Source of the DNA: Atractiella rhizophila
Taxonomy: Eukaryota
Assembly (NCBI GenBank): GCA_021432655.1
Contig: MU271230.1
Span: forward strand, 1-64,000
Direction: 5' to 3'
DNA length: 64,000 nucleotides
Each line of letters opens with the position of its first letter. Within the stretch, counting starts at the first letter, position 1. The notes below the pieces were generated by a model. It did no database searches. It worked only from the letters and a program-made list of their open reading frames with translations, and was not told the DNA's origin. Shown here piece by piece: positions 1-12,790 of this stretch. The translations under genes and the position numbers were made by a program.

Positions 1-2272
1 GCAGCAGGCTGTCGGTTCGTCGAACCCTTAGTGGGGTGCGCCTGCTTTCCTTGCGTCTCCCTTCAGGTAGCGTAGCTTAGCGTTCGGAGCTCGTTTTTGT
101 GCAGGTTTCGTGCTTGCTTTGCAGCGCTTAGCTTGCATTCCGCGCGCCTCTTCACGTCGTACGAGGCACGTGCTACCGACCTCCGACCGCTTGGCTCCGC
201 TCCACCCAACTTGGCCGAAGAGTAATGCGCGTTTTCAATAGTTAGAGTGAGCTGAAGAACAGATTTGTTGGACTAGAGAGCTCGGAGAGGTTTCCAGAAG
301 GTGTAGTATCCTTTGTGATTAAAGGTATGCATTTCATCTTCATTGAGGGATAATGGGTAGCTTTAGTCACATGTCAGCATGTCATTGCCATTGCAGTGTT
401 CTGATACCCAATGGTTCGTAATGGACCGACGATCCATGGGCCAACTCCTCTGGTGCTCGCTCAAGTGCAATGCTAAGAGCAGCGGCCTCTAGGTTGCACT
501 GGAATGCCGCTCTCAATTTTCTGTATCCTTTAGTCAAGGTTATAATAAATTTCTATCTTTACCTTGAAACAGCTTCTACCTCCATCTTCGCATGACCCTT
601 TTCGGTTTGTTATGTCCGACACTATTCCTGTTCCTAGCAGTGTGCGTACTCCCTCCCTTGCCTTCTGCTTATTCTCTTATAATCACACTGTATGTTTGCT
701 TCGCAGCTGCTCTGTCCTCCTCATGCCTTCTGCTCTTGCCGTCTACTGCTACCTTTGAAAGGCAGCCGTGACAACACCTGTGTTCGCTGTCTCGTTGGCA
801 CCAGGAAATCGCCTGCATCCCCATAACTATATCACATCGACTGCCTATGTCACAACATGTGGATGAATCTGTCAGAGCCACACACATCATGGCCTCGTGA
901 TGGGCTTGAGGCTTGAGTTGAAAGCTTCTGGTGATGGAAGGACCAAGTTGTGGCATTTGATTTGGATAAATGATAGAAGTTGATTGTATATGTATAACAC
1001 GTGACTTAAGATTCAAAAGATAATAGATAGAATTTGGATGAAATATTTCAACTTGACTTAGAACGAGTACAAATAGACTCATATTCAGAATAGAATGACA
1101 AATGAACATTGCGAAATACCACCTCTTCATTGCAACCATTGTCCACCCTCCATTGTGTTGTGCCAATCATTAAAGGCATCAGACCCATCATTAGGGAATA
1201 CAAACACATAAACAGACTACCATCCAACGTCTCCATTCCTTTAGCAAGTGTCAATATCCTCAATGTTCAAATACTTCGGAATGCCAAATTTGTCGAACTG
1301 CTACTCTCTCGCATCTTGCATCTGCGTCCCATCCTTCCTCCTTCCTTCACCCACTCTCATTTCCTTTCTCCAGCACTGGAGCCTCGATCTAATCGTTGGG
1401 TATCAAGGGGGTTAAGCCTTTGCCGAAAGATCTGATGCTTGAACACGTGCTGAAGGAGATGAATCTATCGTTTCCATATCCAACACCCCACTGATCCAAA
1501 ACTAAGGATACGAAGTCAGTGCGCAGTCATGGTCACATATTTTGGTACCTTGCGCTACAGTTGTCTACACCTTCGGAACAATTGAGCCGGGTATCTCGTA
1601 AGCTGTCAGACCTGTTGAAGTTCAGCCCGCCACCACCACTCACGGCTTATTAAGAACGACGCGATGCCACATATTCGAGGGGATTCTATTTTCTTCTCGC
1701 TTCTTCTTGCTTACTTATTTCTTACGCGTTGGTGTACTTCTAGAATTTGTTTGCCACATCTTTCTCAGATATATAAACCGTGTTAAAGTCAGGCAGAAAT
1801 AAGGAGTAATGATATCTTTGTTTCCTCTCAACTAAAAAACTCGCATCATTATTCGCAGTCTTACAACAAGACCTTTCACTCAAAATGTAAAGTTAGAGTT
1901 GAGCTCAAGAGGGCGGAAGATTCCAGGCTAACTTGCAGTTCGCACTTGCTCAATCGTAGAAAGGGTTCGCACCATCCTGCTCGTGTTTCCTCCTCCTGTC
2001 TACTCCTCCTTCACTAATCAGTTAATCACTTCATCGCGCATGATGTCGATGACACTTTGTGCGGCTTTGGCAAGTCGATGATCGCTGAAGGAGGAATGCA
2101 GCGGCTGACTTTGCGGCGCCGAAAGCCGGATCAACAAGCGGGATCGACGACGTCATTCAAGTGTTCGAAAGTTGGTTGCTCCTGCATCAGTGCCGCAAGC
2201 GCCTAGCTCTTCGCTCAATTCCAACATTGTGTGGCTAGGTCGACCATCCGTTCCCGCAACGCGCCTCGTCAA

Positions 2273-2506
2273 TGTTGAAGCTTGGTTGTTTTTCTCTTTT
2301 CGTTTTTGGTTTCCTGTTCATCTTACGCATTCCGCGTCTGACTGTACCGTCCGCTATTGTAGTTTAGTCTCGTTCGCATTACCTGAGGTTCATCTTTTCC
2401 TCTTCCTGTCTTTCTGATGAACCTCAGGTAAGCATCCTATCACACGCTCACATGCAATACTGATCTTTTCCTCTTCCTGTCTTTCTGATGAACCTCAGGT
2501 TCAACA
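2273..2506 (+). repeat. 5' LTR of Copia-1
   Basis: TGTTGAA...TTCAACA terminal inverted ends; direct repeat of 8412-8645. Confidence 0.95.
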
Positions 2507-2518
2507 GGTTATGAGCCC
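2507..2518 (+). promoter_or_regulatory. Primer binding site complementary to the tRNA-iMet anticodon stem-loop (half-tRNA priming)
   Basis: GGTTATGAGCCC lies immediately after the 5' LTR and is the reverse complement of GGGCTCATAACC, as in Ty5/copia-type elements. Confidence 0.85.
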
Positions 2519-2660
2519 AAACGATCCCTACCGAATAAGTGTCCGCCTTCTCCCCCAAGCCTTCCTCCCCTTCCATCAATAGTCGTAAACACTCTCAAAC
2601 AAACGCGACACGTGTTAATCAACAAACCAACTCAACTCGGACGCCTTTGAGCAAGATTTC

Positions 2661-5600
2661 ATGTCTCGATCACCAAGATCAGACGAACCATCTCTACCCC
2701 AGGATCCATCAGATCACGGCATCGCAACTCCTGAACCATCCACAGCACCTCCACTCAATCGGAGCCCTCCTCCAGAACCAGCAGACATCCCGTTCATCAC
2801 GATGGATGCCCTACCTACTCCTCCATCAAACTCTTTCTCAACTCGCCGAATCCCCACCGTGCTAGAAGGTCCCAACTATCGAGCATGGAGGGAAGACGCA
2901 TATGAAACGTTGCGTAGCCAACAACTTTGGCTAGTCACATCCGGAGAGGAGAAGGAACCTCTCGAATCTCGTTACGGTGCCGCTTTGTATATCTTCGACC
3001 AACATTCTATTGCGTGGAAGAACAAAAACCTCCAAGTCTCCGCGCTCCTCTACGAATCCCTCTCTGATGGAATCAAAGCAAGGATCAAGGCGAATGACCT
3101 TAAGGAGAAAGCGAAAGAAGCGTGGGACTGGCTGAAAAAGGAGTATGACGCTGCCAACCACCTTTATGCTGTCACTGCTTGGAGTGCATTTGCACGAACT
3201 CATTTCAATGGAAGTACTCCCCAACACTGGACTGAACACATGGCGGTCCTGGAGAAGAATCTTACTGATTTCGTCAAATACGTTGGGGATGATAAGTTCA
3301 CGACCGCAACCTGGAAGTCACTCATCTTCTCGGCCCACCTCCAAGCCACCCTGCCAGACTCCCTCCGCGACAAAATGAAGCCGTACTTCTCAGCTTTACA
3401 GGCAACAAAATCTGCCCAGGCCTCCCTTATCGATTTCACTCCCGAGTGGATCTCCAACACTATCAACACGATAATGTTGGAGGAGGGCCTCAGTGAGGTG
3501 CAGAAGGCGCAGGAACAAGCGCTGACTACTAGGTCGGTAACGCCAGCAAGAGGGAGTGGAAAAAGTGGGAGTACGGGAGATCCAGACAAGTCGAGGAGGA
3601 GTGGGACGAATCGCCCTTCTTCCACCATCAACCGTTTCCCCCCGTGTCCTCACTGCAGTCTTCGCTCTCACACCCCTGATCGCTGTTGGGAACTTGAAGG
3701 AAATCGAACTCTTGCTCCTCCTGGATATCGATTCAAAGACGGAGCTGTCAATCCAAGGAGAAAGGATAGCACCAAAGAACTGATATCACCATCCATTGAT
3801 ACCTCTTCCATTCTTGACCAAGTCAACCTGGTCCTCAATACATCTGACTTCAGCTCCGACTTCGCTTCCAATGTGCAATCGTCCTCTCATTTTGCAATTC
3901 AAGACCAAGTCCGGCTCGTTGAAGAAGTCGAAGCCAGCAAGGCAAATCTCTCTTTCGACAAGACCGCTATTGCCATCATTGACTCTGGATGTACCTCTCA
4001 TGTCTTCCCTCTCGAGTACATTTCCAACCGTCAAGACCATAACGGATCCATTGAAGTTGCGGATGGAAGACAAATCTCAATTGCAACGAAAGGGTCCGCA
4101 GTCTACGTCACCTCCAACGAAAACGGGACGCCCCTCTCTGACATACCCCTGCACAATGTCCTCCACCTACCCTCCCTCACGAGTCCCCTAATCAGCGTTT
4201 CGAAACTTATCAGCCTCTCCTTACCGGCACACGAGCGCCTCAAGTTAGTCTTCAAGAATGGAAACTGCTCTATCTTTAATCAGAAAGGGCGGCTAGTAGG
4301 GATAGCAGAGGAGAAAGGGGGTTTATTCCTACTAAAGGGAGAAGCAAGAAAGGCGAGTGCTCACATCGATACCGTTTCGAAGGCCGTCGATCTAAAGACT
4401 TGGCACAACAGGCTGGCGCATGTCGGGATCGAGAAGATCAAAGATCTTATTTCGAAGTCGCTAGTGGGTGGTTTGGAGGTGAAAGAAACGAAAGAGAAGG
4501 AACTTGAGGTCGTATGTGAGCCGTGTGTTATGGGAAAAAGGCATCAGGGATCGTTTCCATCAAAACAAAGCGCTGAGCTGCCACCCACACTGCCAGGCGA
4601 GTCTGTAGTATCTGATCTCACTGGCCCTGTGCAAGTTTCTTCCTTGGGTGGTGCCTGGTACTCCATCGTGCACGTTGATGTCGGTTCAAGAGTTGTTCAT
4701 CAGCAATTCATCCCTGACAAGTCAAAAGCCACAGTCCTGCCCTCCTTCGAACGCTTCAGATCTATCCTTCAGGCCAAAACACAAAGAAACGTGAAGAGAT
4801 GGAAAGTAGATGGCGGAGGAGAGTTCGTAAATCACTTGTTAAGGTCATGGTTCGAGTCGAATAATGTCGAATGGAAAGCAACAACAACTTACTGTCATCA
4901 AGAGAACGGAATCGCTGAACGCATCCACCGCACCCTTCGTAACCTCGCCAAATCGATGCTTTATCACGCAAAGCTCCCTCTAATGTTCTGGGCTGAGGCT
5001 CTCTACTTTGCCGGACATGTGTACAATCGCACACCTCACACTTCACTAAAAGGTAGAGTACCTCTGACGACTCTCGAAGGACTCCAACCCTCAGTAGGCT
5101 ATCTGCGAACATTTGGATGCACGGCATGGGCATTGATTCCTGAGGAACGCAAAAAAAAGTGGGAGGACAAAGCAGTACGCTGTATTTATCTGGGACCCGA
5201 CTGTCAGGCTTGCCCCTACGCATTACCGAACCATTCGGAGTCACGTGACCTACTTTAGTACATGGTAGGATCAAGTGCCTACCCGTCGCCGCTTTGCGCA
5301 CGTTCGCGCTGACCGCCGCCTTCTCCTATCTCACTCGAATCGCCGCTCAGCAAACCTTATACATTTCGCCGGTCTGCACCGTCGCCATTATTGCCTTGTT
5401 ATCTTTTTCTCACTTGTACTGCTCAGTATATCTTATTTCCGAGTATTCCCTTTATTGCTTTCCTGATCTAGCTATCTTACTTGTTTCAAGAAATATATGT
5501 TACAGTTTATAGCAGTGCCTTTGCATATGTATATATACATTGAGATGTAGTGGTGGTGACCTCAGAGTATTCTCTTAGGTTTACCTCCACTACGTGTTAG

Positions 5601-8216
5601 TCTTCTCATGCTATACTATCCGCTTAGGTTTACCTCCACTACAGACGCATCGCCTATCGGCGACCGCACATAGTGTCAGCCCTGACACCGACGTAATGTT
5701 CAAATCGCATCGTTGTTGGGATCCCGTCAAGCGACATCTCATTCGTGCTCGCCATGTTATCTTTGCCGAAAATTATTTTGAAGGAAGGACTGGGTCAGAC
5801 CGACTAGACGACTATACCTTCTGGTCAGAAGATAACATCGACGAGTTTCCTCAAAACGCACCTCTGGACGCTGGCCTTCCCGACTCACGAATACGTGTCG
5901 CACCCCCTGCTCCTAACTCCATCGAAACAATAGCTCCAACTCCCTCCATTCCAGCATCATTCGGCGAAAGCGAAAGAAATGTTGCAGAGACAGATAATTT
6001 GGGTACAGGCAGTTGCGAGGGCGCTTCACGCGAGAGGGTGGACGTAAGACCCGCTTTTCAGGAAAGTGATATTCCTCTGCATCAGCACCATTACCCTGAC
6101 ACAGCGATGGAGCCATCACTCATGCCTGCAAGTGACGGTATCCCTCCTCCTCTCGCCCCCTCCCCTTCAACCGAAGGTCCTCCGCCCCCTCCATGTTCTG
6201 GATGGAGACGAATCCCAATAAGCGCATCTTCAACAACGACTACGTCGTCGATCCAAAGTACAAAGACATCCTATGGTTCGCCTCCACCAGTATGCGCACT
6301 GAAGGGAGCCAAGATGCTCCTGAGAGATTAAAAACGGGCAGTTGCATAGGGGCCGAGCACGTAGTGGTGCACGTAAGACCCGTGCAACAGGAAAGTGCCT
6401 TTATTTCGCCTGAAATACACGAACCTAACATCAGCGCTCCAATGGCTATCCAAGTGGATGAACTTTCCGAAAAGGACATACGAGAAGCTATACGCCAGCG
6501 ACACTCCCAAGGATCCTCTCCTCCTCGTCCCAGCGACTCCATCGACTACATGTTCTCCACGCGCGCACTTCAGGACCACGGTTGGACTCTCCGAGAACCA
6601 CGGAGCTTCAAAGAAGCACTGAAAAGTAGCGAAGGATCAGAATGGCTCCAGCCATGTCAGAACGAGTGGGAGAAACAGTTCAAAAACAAGACGATTGAGG
6701 GCGAACCCATAGATCTCCCCGAAGGAGAGACAGCTACACCTCTCATGTGGGCGTTCCGACACAAATACGACATTAATGGAAAATTAGAAAGCCTCAAAGC
6801 ACGCATTTGTGTCAGAGGAGATCTTCAAGCCCCTACTGGAGACCCAACCTTCACTCCCGTAAGCAACAGCGAAACCATCAGCAGCGTCATTGCTCTCGCT
6901 GCTCGGGAGGATCTATCCATCTACCAAGCAGACTATGAAACTGCCTTCCTCAACTCCCCCATCAACACGTCAAAAACTCGAATCTACATCCGTCAACCCC
7001 CTGGCCTAGAAAAGCCTGGTACTGAAGGAAAAGTTTATCTGCTAAAGAAGGGTCTCTATGGACTACTGGAAGCAGCCCGTTTGTGGTTTGATACTCTCAA
7101 GGCAGACTCGCAAACGAAAGGTTGGACCCCTTTATGGTCTGACTCCTGCGTCTTCACAAAAACAGTACACGGCAGGCTATACATCCTCGTCATCTATGTC
7201 GACGACACTCTGCTGCTAGGCAAAGACCGTGTTGTTGTCAAAATGCTTCAAAGAGAGCTAGGGACATCATTCGCAATGCGAACACTTGGAGAAGTTGGAA
7301 AGTTCCTGGGAATGGAGGTCAAACGCGACTGGGAAAGACGCACGATCAGTCTGACTCAAAGATTGTATACATTGTCAATCTTGGAGAAATTTGGATTCAC
7401 GAACAGTTATGCGAGTGTCCCTGCGAATCCCAAGGTAAAGCTCAAACCATTTGATGGCGTCTGGTCTGAGGATGACCTCGCCAACAAACCTCCATGGTCA
7501 TTTCTAGAAGCCACAGGATGTTTGAACTGGCTATCAATCTGCACACGTCCGGACATCACCTTCGCTCTCTCCAACGTACAGCGTTTCGCAGCCAACCCAG
7601 GCCCAGAACACTACAAAGCAGTCAAGCAAATTTTCCGCTACCTCAGCGCAACCTCAAACAAAGGACTGCTGTTTAATGGGAACGATCGCAGACCCCTTCA
7701 TGCGTACGCTGACGCCTCCTTTGCCTCCCTTCTTCCATCCCTCAAATCTCAAGAAGGACGGCTCATCATGCTCAGCGGAGCACCCATCACTTTCAAATCG
7801 AAGCCTCAAACCGTCGTGGCACTGTCTTCCGGAGAGGCAGAATATGGTGCAGCTGCGAAAGCAACTGCAGATCTGCTGTGGACAAGAGGGTTTTTTGAAG
7901 AATTAGGAGCACTTGAAAGCGTTCACAACGTCTCGCCAGGAGAAGACATACCCCCCCACGACAGTCTTCGAAGACAATCAAGCGGCGATCAAGATCTCAA
8001 CCAACGGAGTCCACCATGCACAAAGCAAGCCATTTCTGCTTGGCTACCACATGGTTAGAGACAACGTCCAGAAAGGCAATATCATTCTACGGTATGTGCC
8101 AACGCGACATCAGATGCAGACGCTCTCACAAAACCACTTGCCAAGGACTCCTTTCACCAATGCATCCACGCTATGGGAGTACACGATATTGGAACTCGCA
8201 TCATTTTCTCTTAATT
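2661..8216 (+). pseudogene. Copia-1 gag-pol polyprotein, interrupted by a solo LTR and frameshifts
   Basis: Zn knuckle CPHC..H....C, protease IIDSGCTSH, WHNRLAH/CEPC, integrase core (ENGIAERIHRTL), RT YVDD, RNaseH DASFA/EAEY. Split over ORFs 2661-5258, 5594-6331, 6193-8058 and 7913-8218. Confidence 0.93.
5202..5687 (+). mobile_element. Solo LTR of the Gypsy/chromovirus family, nested in the Copia-1 integrase C-terminal region
   Basis: TGTCAGG...CCTGACA ends, TSD CCGAC (5197-5201, 5688-5692), homologous to the LTRs at 36583-37072 and 44159-44648. Confidence 0.95.
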
Positions 8217-8411
8217 GACACTCTGTTCTTTTCATCCGTGTGCGCTCTCACTTCTTCGTTCAGTCTTCACAATAGTTGTGTAACAGAGCATTTCTTTTTT
8301 TCTTCATATTCACATCCATTTGAACACACACACCTTTACATCACAACCCATCCCACATTCCTATTCTCCATTGCAACTTCTCCCAATTTCTTGTAGCGTA
8401 CGGACTGGGAG

Positions 8412-8645
8412 TGTTGAAGCTTGGTTGTTTTTCTCTTTTCGTTTTTGGTTTCCCGTTCATCTTACGCATTCCGCGTCTGACTGTTCCGTCCGCTACTGTA
8501 GTTTAGTCTCGTTCGCATTACCTGAGGTTCATCTTTTCCTCTTCCTGTCTTTCTGATGAACCTCAGGTAAGCATCCTATCACACGCTCACATGCAATACT
8601 GATCTTTTCCTCTTCCTGTCTTTCTGATGAACCTCAGGTTCAACC
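8412..8645 (+). repeat. 3' LTR of Copia-1
   Basis: Direct repeat of 2273-2506; the terminal A is changed to C; followed by TSD GTCAA. Confidence 0.94.
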
Positions 8646-11212
8646 GTCAACTGTCCACACAGCAACTTGTTCGACGGCAGCCATTCCAGCTCCTCTCCTC
8701 CGACAACCAAAAGCCTTTTCGTCCTCCCACCTCTTGACTCCGAACTCACTCTCCCACGCAAATTCGAACCATTCTTCGACTCCTTACCAACCACCGCCTT
8801 TCTCCACTCGCAAATCCTACTCCACTGCTAACACCTTCTAACCGTCTCCTTCGCCTTCACTTTCGCTCTGGACGTGCTGCACCCCGACGTACTCCCGATG
8901 CATACACGAAGCGGATCTACTCGTACCGCGCGAGCGAATGCCGCAGGATCTCTCCCCCTCTTCCCCATACTCCCTCCTTCCCTTTTGTCCTAGTAGTCAC
9001 TGAAGCCGTCTTGCGGACAAGACAGTTTTGAAGGTGGCAGAGGGAGGTGGAGGGACAGCGAGATGGATTAGTCGAGGTGGGCTTGGTGAGGAAGAAAGCG
9101 TAGGAGGGCGGGCGGGTTTCTGTTGGAAGGAGGCGTGCTGAGGAGCAGGGGTTGAGAAGCATAGGGGCCGCGAGTGGTGGAGAGGAGCGGACGACATCTC
9201 ACCCCGTACCGTCTGCCTGTTCTTTCGCCTGCACGACATCGCATAGCCAACACCCGGTTTCTCTGTAGGATATTGGCATGAACGACCTCTATCTTTAATC
9301 TCCTGTACACCGAAAGTCCAGCCCCTCCCCTATCCTCCCTCCTTCCACTTTGGCAACTCGGCGAGGGACACGTGAGCGACCCACTTTCGCTTTCATCATT
9401 CATCTCTCCGACTTCCCCCTGCCGTCTCGCGGGAACCATTCGGGGAAGGGCTTCGTCATTCGCTAATGTCTTTGTTAGGAGAAGGGGCGAGTGGGATTCT
9501 GGAATTGAGGAGGGGAGGGGAATTTCGTGGAAAGCGGGAGCAGATGTTGAGATGGAGAGGTATGTTGAGGAATTGGGAGGATGAGAGGATGAGCATGAGG
9601 ATGGATTGAAGAAGGTATCGTGGAGCAAAGGGAGACGAGAAGGGAAATGGCGAGGGAGAGAACCGGTGCAGCAATGGTGCTGCTTCTTTCGGAATGAAGA
9701 AGTACGAGCAGGTGTGATGTGAAGAGACAACGATTGAGTGGCTCTCTCGTTGACGGATAAGGATGGGGAGATGGAACCGGGAAGGTAACACTAATCTACT
9801 TGGCTGTCAGTTTTCCATACTTAACCCTCTTTCACCGTCACAACGCTGATCCCATGCGATGCGATGCAACAAGGACGCAGGAGCTAACATTGTCGAATCT
9901 CTGGCGCGTTTTCCAAAAGGGACGACTCTCAACTTCTTGTCAGCAGTGCTGGCTTCCTCCAGGATATTCGCCTATGCGATACAGTAGGAGCGTCAAAGAC
10001 GAAACATATAGTTTGTACGCCTTCCTTTTCTAGGACAAGTGGAGATTGATGAAAGTGGTGGAAATCAGACGCTGGGTGAACCCCACACCCGGAGGCGATT
10101 CGAAACATGGCACACCTAATGCTTCCTACTGCCGGTTCAAGCTTCAAGTGCTGCTACTCTCATATCACCCTGTATCAGAGCACGAAACAGCTCGATCCTT
10201 CAACAATCCTAGCAGAACTCATGCAACAGCCCTCATCACGATCCCTGTCGGAGGTTATAAAACGCTGCCCATTTTCCAGCGCGAACTCCATTTTGTCATC
10301 CGTTGTGCTGGAGTGCCATTTTTCATGGGATTGTCATATTCTATCCAGGCCTGCATTGCTGTTGCGCTGCTGCTAGATGGATTCGGAACGTGATGAAGGA
10401 TACTGAGTGCACAGGGACACATAGCTGAAGGCGAAATGGAAGACAGAGGAACGAAGGGGGAAGAGGGAGCAATTTGCTGGATGTCATTTGTGAGTAATTC
10501 AGACTGCAATATCTCGCAAGTACACTTCTCCCAAACCCAAACTGAGACTGATATTTCCACTTCAAGGCCTTCTTCTACCCCGCCAAATGGCGCGAACCCC
10601 TCACATCCATCATCTCTCCTCTTGTTCTCTGCTTAGCCTTCTATCCACGAGGGGACCACCGCGGCATTCATTATCATGTTCCCTTCAGCAATTTGTGAAC
10701 TAAGTCAAGTCGACGGGTCATTGGAACGTGGGGAAAGGGAGCAGTATCAAACCGAGGTGTTGACGACTGGAGGTACGGAAATCTTTGCTGCCAGCCAGGT
10801 TCAACGTCCGTTCCCCACATCCACCGCTTGAATCACTTCATTCATTCTCACAGCCACCCTCTGCGCACGCCATCGTGAAAACCTGCCATCGTTCTCCTGA
10901 AGTCCAAGTTTTCCGCCTCATGCAACAACGCCTTCTACCGCCAACAACAAACGATCCATCTGTCTCACCATTCTCCTTCATTCTCCCAAGAACTTGTTCA
11001 TCTAGCTAGTCTCGCTGTTCGGGGGATCTTTGTCGTCAAATCATGGTCTCACTTCTCAGGATGGAAAGGAAGATGAGAAGGAAGATGAGAAGGCTGACGA
11101 TGAGGATGGCAAAGGCTTATGATGCGATTAAGGCACAATTTATTCTCCACCTTCAGCTTTCTTCTCTTCTAACGTGGGTTATGGGGTGTAGTCTGCCGTG
11201 TCTTCTCAAAAG

Positions 11213-12790
11213 ATGAAGGCACTGGTCCATTTCTTCACCCCAGACTATACAAATTTGATCTGCCTCTCCATTCTTCCGTCTTTCCTATCTCGCCTGCCTC
11301 CGTCGGCTCACACGCTCCGGATTTCGTTTGTCCTTTCTCGTTCAATCGACTGGACTCTGCGAATGCGCTCAACATTATCCAATTTATCACTTGAACGGGT
11401 CGAGAATGCGGTTGACAAGGATGGTGCAATCAATCTTCGCGTTACTGTCAACAGCGAAAATGTCACAGCAACCTTTTTGGACGTTGAAGGGCAGTTGTCG
11501 GCTGACAAAAGGGGTATAAGAGCTTTGCGTGATTCACATGGCGACCAGTATTGTTATTCTCGCATGTTTCCTCGTGTTCGCGAGAATGCTATATTCGCCC
11601 CCATAGCCTCATATTCCAAAGGGTATTTCGTCCCCGTCAGTGGCGACGATTCGTCATCCTTCCCGTCCCTCCACAAAGCCAGTATCATCCAGCTCTCTTT
11701 TCCACCTCCACGTATTACTTCATGCTCAATCTCATCCTTGCCTGTGGAGCTCCTCTGCCTCATATTCAGTTTCTTCGACAATGTTTCCACCCTTTCTGAC
11801 GTATGCAAGCTCTGGAAGGCCGTTGCAGTTCCCTACTGGCGTGAACCTGGTGCTGTGATGGAAAAGTATAAGCGATTGAAACGCTATCCGAGTGCCGGAC
11901 GACTGTGGGACAGTCTGTGGTTGACCGAAAGCATGGATGTTGAGATGGTGAAGGAGGTAATCGCAGGCTCGCCGAATGTCACGGAAGTGATGATGTATGC
12001 ATTTTGGAGTGAAGAGGAGGCGAAGATTGTGTTGAACGCAATCGAAGGCTTGAAACGGGTGGATGACGTCACGTTTGCACGGTGGGGTTCAAGAAAGTGG
12101 AGGAAGGAGGAGATCGAGAACTTTGTGCGGAGGATGGGTGACAGGATCAGACGGCTCAAAGTTTACGATGTGGAAGACTCTCCCGTTTCAGCCTCAGCAG
12201 ATCTTCACTTATCCTCTCGCCTCGAATACCTAATCCTCTACGAGTGCCCGCCTCTCTCATCGCTCTCCCTCCCACACCCCGTCAAGCACCTCGCACTCTG
12301 CAATATGTGTCCACTCCCTTCCTCCATCTCAGACTACCCTCTGCCGCCTCTTCTGTTCTATCTCCAAATCGTGCTTGCCCCCTTCTCCACTGATGGAAAG
12401 GCCTCCATCCTACCCACTCCGCTCGACTTATCACACCTCACACACCTCAGCCACCTGTTCCTCGACGGGGGCGAAGAAACGTCAAACCTCGTTTCCCCAG
12501 CATTATTCAGTACCCTCACAAATGCAAAGGCGATACGTGCCATAATACTCCAGTACTGTGTGGTGGACTCATTCGACTTCTCAGACTTTGTCCACTGGTT
12601 TTTTGGGGATTGGCGGGTGAGGGGAGGGGATTGGGTGGATAGACAGGCGGTGGTGGTGCGTCTTGAAGTTCGTTTATTCTTTGGAGAGTGGAGCGAGGAG
12701 GAGATCGTGATTGGGAGGTGTACGATGAAGCAGTACCCATGGAAGGGGCATTCAGGTGTCTGGGAGTCTGGAGAGGGAGGAGTAGTGTAG
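11213..12790 (+). CDS. F1: F-box-like + LRR-like (RNI-like) protein with an unknown N-terminal domain
   Basis: Open frame of about 525 aa. F-box motif SLPVELLCLIFSF...LSDVCKLWKAVA followed by LxxLxL repeats. ATG chosen by the shared CAAAAG-ATG context. Confidence 0.85.
   Translation: MKALVHFFTPDYTNLICLSILPSFLSRLPPSAHTLRISFVLSRSIDWTLRMRSTLSNLSLERVENAVDKDGAINLRVTVNSENVTATFLDVEGQLSADKRGIRALRDSHGDQYCYSRMFPRVRENAIFAPIASYSKGYFVPVSGDDSSSFPSLHKASIIQLSFPPPRITSCSISSLPVELLCLIFSFFDNVSTLSDVCKLWKAVAVPYWREPGAVMEKYKRLKRYPSAGRLWDSLWLTESMDVEMVKEVIAGSPNVTEVMMYAFWSEEEAKIVLNAIEGLKRVDDVTFARWGSRKWRKEEIENFVRRMGDRIRRLKVYDVEDSPVSASADLHLSSRLEYLILYECPPLSSLSLPHPVKHLALCNMCPLPSSISDYPLPPLLFYLQIVLAPFSTDGKASILPTPLDLSHLTHLSHLFLDGGEETSNLVSPALFSTLTNAKAIRAIILQYCVVDSFDFSDFVHWFFGDWRVRGGDWVDRQAVVVRLEVRLFFGEWSEEEIVIGRCTMKQYPWKGHSGVWESGEGGVV

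Larger units (their letters stand above)
2273..8645 (+). mobile_element. Ty1/Copia LTR retrotransposon (Copia-1), full length but disrupted
   Basis: 234-bp LTRs at 2273-2506 and 8412-8645 with about 4 mismatches. 5-bp TSD GTCAA at 2268-2272 and 8646-8650. Domain order gag-PR-INT-RT-RNaseH. The reconstructed empty site matches the paralogous sequence near 58955-58990. Confidence 0.96.
1900..10380 (-). pseudogene. Gene X copy 1 (unknown family, decayed; split by Copia-1)
   Basis: Segments at about 1900-2272 and 8651-10380 are homologous to 58600-60660. Minus-strand peptide remnants recur across copies (PKEAAPLLHRFSP, DTFFNPSS, TKTLANDEA). Boundaries approximate. Confidence 0.55.

Noticed and set aside
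1..240. Possible 3' end of an LTR at the window edge
   Set aside because: GC-rich and ends TTTTCAATA, but no partner repeat or TSD is visible in the window.
669..1435. ORFs of 165 and 108 aa near the start
   Set aside because: No recognisable motifs, non-ATG starts and no paralog support.
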